Shown: one piece after another, positions 60,565 through 64,000 of the stretch
Layout of the letters: each line of letters opens with the position of its first letter
How positions within the stretch are numbered: the first letter of the stretch is position 1
DNA from: Paraspadella gotoi
Taxonomy: Eukaryota; Animalia; Chaetognatha
Length of the DNA stretch: 64,000 nucleotides
Assembly: GCA_051294375.1 (NCBI GenBank)
Contig: CM119271.1
Span: 11,861,896-11,925,895 of the forward strand
Reading direction: 5' to 3'
Notes under the pieces: generated by a model
Seen by the model: only the letters and a program-made list of their open reading frames with translations
The model's database searches: none
Told to the model about the DNA's origin: nothing
Made by a program: the position numbers and the translations under genes

Positions 60565-61050
60565 GGCGCGGTTTTCCGAAAGCAACTCATTTGCGTTCCT
60601 TAACCCTGTGCTTAATTTAAACTCAAATATCTAACTCTAATTTTTTAATAGATATTTGATTTATTCCTTAACCATTTTCTTTAACCTTAATTCTTAATTC
60701 CCTAACCTTATCTACTAACCTGAAATACTAATCTTTAACCTTAATTCTTAATTCCCTAACCTTATCTACTAATTTTTAACCTTAATTTTTAATTCCCTAA
60801 CCTTATCTACTAACCTGAAATACTAATCTTTAACCGTAATTCTTAATTCCCTAACCTCATTTACTAACCTAAAATACTAATCTTTAACCTTATTCCTCAA
60901 TCAAATTTTTAAACCAAATTTATAACCTAATCTTCAACCCGAATCCCTAACCTTATCCCTAACCTTATCCCTAACCTTATCCCCCACCCTTAACCTTCGA
61001 CCTTAATTCTCAATTTAAGATGAAATGTGGCGTTTTGGTTAAATAAGGCC
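60565..61050. mobile_element. MITE-like family B, opposite orientation (ccctaa interior)
   Basis: Termini ggcgcggttttccgaaagcaactcattt and aaatgtggcgttttggttaaataaggcc resemble the family B TIRs; interior contains ~58-bp repeats with ccctaacc. Confidence 0.55.
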
Positions 61051-61421
61051 AAAGATGCGCTGCCTCATTCACCATATGTTGCGCAACGTCGCTGGGATTG
61101 GCAGGGCAAGGCAGGGCAGGGTAGGGCACGACAGGGCAAGGAAGCTATAATTGTAGTCAAGAACTGAAGATGCGCGTGGAATGCAGGTATTTGGTTCGTA
61201 TCATATGTAAGAGTGTTTTATTATGACAAAAACCGTTTGTTAACTTAAGTTATAAACGTATAGACAATTATAGAGCGAAAGATTTTATCTGTCTTTTCAT
61301 TTTAATTTTATTTCTATCATCGTTAATACAATTTTGAGACCCTTTTATCCCTTTGACAAGACGAAGGCGAAAGACCCTAAACTCTTTGTCCTTTATTTGT
61401 TTTGACCTTTAACCAATGAGT

Positions 61422-61535
<114 letters not shown>

Positions 61536-61795
61536 ATTTCTCTCTCTAATTTCTCAAAAAAACGAAATCCCGGATTCCCTGGCCTCGTTATTAATTCGTT
61601 AACGATTCATTAAGGATTGATGAACGGTTTCTTAGGGATTCGTTAGCGATTGGTAAGCCATATTGCCTAACGATACATTAGTTATTCATTATCAATTGGT
61701 AATTATTCGTTAGCAAAGCCATTGACAACACGTCAGAGGACGTCGACCGGAATCAGTCACGCTTTCGTCATCTGGTGAACAATTGTGATGCGGTC

Positions 61796-61992
61796 ATTGA
61801 CCACAATGCCCTTAATGACCATGATGCCCATAATGACCATGATGCCCACAATGACCAGGACGCCCTTAATGACCACAATGACCATGATGTCCTTAATGAC
61901 CATAATGACCATGATGCCCACAATGATCACAATGATCATAATGACCCCAATACCCTTAATCAACATAATGACCACAATGACCAGGATGCCCA
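61796..61992. repeat. 9/27-bp repeat (aatgaccat/gatgcccac)
   Basis: Direct reading; it produces low-complexity NDH/MT ORFs. Confidence 0.85.
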
Positions 61993-62194
61993 CGTTCTAT
62001 CCTTCGCCGTCATCTGTCACAAAAAATTCGCCGTCATCATCTGCCGAAACTGAAGTGTCATTTTTCTTCATTAGTCATCACCGCTAATGTATAATTGTAC
62101 TTAATTACACCTTTCTATATTAAAGCCAATAACTTTGTATAATCTTGTTATATATATATATATTCTTCCTTCTCTCTTCTCTCTCTTCCTCTCT

Positions 62195-62233
<39 letters not shown>

Positions 62234-62708
62234 ACAACAAACGAGTGGGTTGACTCGAAGATTCAGTCTGGATTCTTGTCCATATGGTAAAAGCGCCTTC
62301 CAACGCTAGCGCCTCCTCCTCCTCTTCTCTCTCCCACGTGACACGCGCTTTTTCTCGCTCTTTCCACCCATTGCTCTTTTCCTCCTTATAGAATCATAAC
62401 GGGTCTTCTCCTCTCCTCTTCCTTGTCGACTCCACCCCCCCTAGTATCTCTTTGGCCAGGTAAGCTCGCTCCGTCCCCCCTTTCTCTCTCTCTCTCTCTC
62501 TCGTCTCTGTCTCTTCTCTTTAGCCACGCCTACCTTTTTCCGACTCTCTCCCCTTTCTCTCTTTCACGCCTCTCGTCTATCTTCCCCCCCCTCCGAATTC
62601 ACGTGGCGCGGAATCCACGATGTGACTCTCTCTCTCTCTTTCTCTCTCTCTCGCTCTCTGCTTCTCTCTCGCTTCTCTCTTCTCTCTCTCGGTACCGTCA
62701 ACTTTTTT

Positions 62709-64000
62709 NNNNNNNNNNNNNNNNNNNNNNNNNCACGCGCTTTTTCTCGCTCTTTCCACCCATTGCTCTTCCTCCTCCTATAGAATCATAACGAGTCTTC
62801 TCCTCCTCCTCTTCCTTGTCGACTCNNNNNNNNNNNNNNNNNNNNNNNNNGTTGTAAAAGTATCGTAGGAAAGACAACCCTAATCTCTAACCCTAATCTC
62901 TATCCTTTAATCTAACCTTACCCCGAACCGAAACCCTAACAATCCATCATCAAATTATCTCGTTTTTGTCTCCGATCCTGACTCTGAGTTATCCAGCCGA
63001 GAAGAGACAAGCGAGGAACAGATTCGCTGCTCCATCAGACGGCAAGCGGGCCATCGACAGAGCATTCTCGCCCATAATTTTCCGCTCGGGAAGACAGATG
63101 AGAAAAAAAAATTAAATTTGTACTTTTATATTCATATTCTAACTCGATGATTCAACATGATTGGTCAATTTAACTCGGCGTTACAGATTGTCATAACCGG
63201 CCCCCGACTGGGTTGGTCAATTTAACTCGTTGATTGAACGTGATTGGTCAATTTTTTTCCACCAATCGTATTCTCTCGCTTCTTTACTTCTGAACGCCGA
63301 TTTGGGCATCTATTTCCAAGAACGCCCCATTTAATCTAAAAATTCGGCAATTAGAGTTATATCTTTTAAGTTAAAGATTAGGCTTAAAAGCTTAAGGATA
63401 AGGCAAGTGATTAAGGTTATAGGTTAAGTGTAGGTTAGTGTTAGTTGATCTAGAGTTAAAATATTTATTAAGGATTATGGTTTAGATAAAGGTGAGGTTT
63501 AAAAATTAAGCATAAAGGTTCTAAGTGTTAACAATTACTAGTATTAAGGATTAGGTTTAGATGAAGGGTGGGTTTTAAAAATTAAGATTTAGGGTTTAGA
63601 TATGGTTATTGCGGTTAGAGTTTGAATTAGATTTAAGGATTAGGTTTTAGGAACTGGCCCGGTAATATATTTAAAATTACAATATTAGATTAAGAATTTG
63701 AAAATGGGGCGCTCTGAGAAAATAGAGCGCCCAGTTGGGTTCACTCTACCTGCCGAAAGTCTTACAAAGAAATAGGAATAGAGAGTTAGAGAGGTTGAGT
63801 CCCAAAAAATTAGAAGGTGACCCAATATATTCTCGTTTCCCCTTTTATCAACTGACTCTACCTATCTTCTTCCTACTAAATTCTCAACCGACTAATCTTC
63901 CACCTCCGCGTTCTCCCACTAATCTTTCCTCTCCTTTTCCCAAACTCTGTTCTCTCAACTCTATTCTTCCACCCTCATTTTTCCCCTCCTTTCTTATCGC
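62709..64000. other. Assembly gaps (25 N at 62709-62733 and 62826-62850) and an indel-rich duplicate of 57141-58277
   Basis: 62851-64000 is collinear with 57141-58277 but has many 1-2 bp indels; 62734-62825 repeats 62342-62431. Confidence 0.88.

Noticed and set aside
61757-62087. His/Asp-rich (NDHDAH) ORF resembling a metal-binding protein
   Set aside because: A 9-bp-periodic repeat open in several frames, with no supporting gene structure; a small exon is not excluded.

Overview
Animal (metazoan) nuclear DNA; the taxon cannot be determined from the sequence. Bases 1-44,000 are very gene-dense, with GC-rich exons and AT-rich introns/spacers. 13 of 14 genes lie on the minus strand: a partial gene, ACTR6, DYNLT, an SRSF4/5/6-type SR protein, KAT5/Tip60, a ~1258-aa C2H2 zinc-finger protein, METAP2, GALNT10-like, an orphan with a 7-aa repeat, PFKFB, an LRR-Ig membrane protein, VPS37 and a coiled-coil SxIP protein. 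Only a PLPP-type phosphatase is on the plus strand. Bases ~44,600-64,000 have no recognisable coding exon and are rich in (GA)n, MITE-like elements and minisatellites; the last ~1.3 kb looks like an assembly artefact. Most interesting signals: (i) apparent intron turnover, with many normally intron-rich genes intronless while the 21 hand-annotated introns have mostly weak donors and several have junction direct repeats; (ii) four separate tandem duplications centred on splice sites, one giving a stack of AG|GT sites; (iii) an operon-like co-oriented cluster with acceptor sites just before the ATGs, suggesting possible SL trans-splicing. All exon models were derived by eye and need RNA-seq confirmation.
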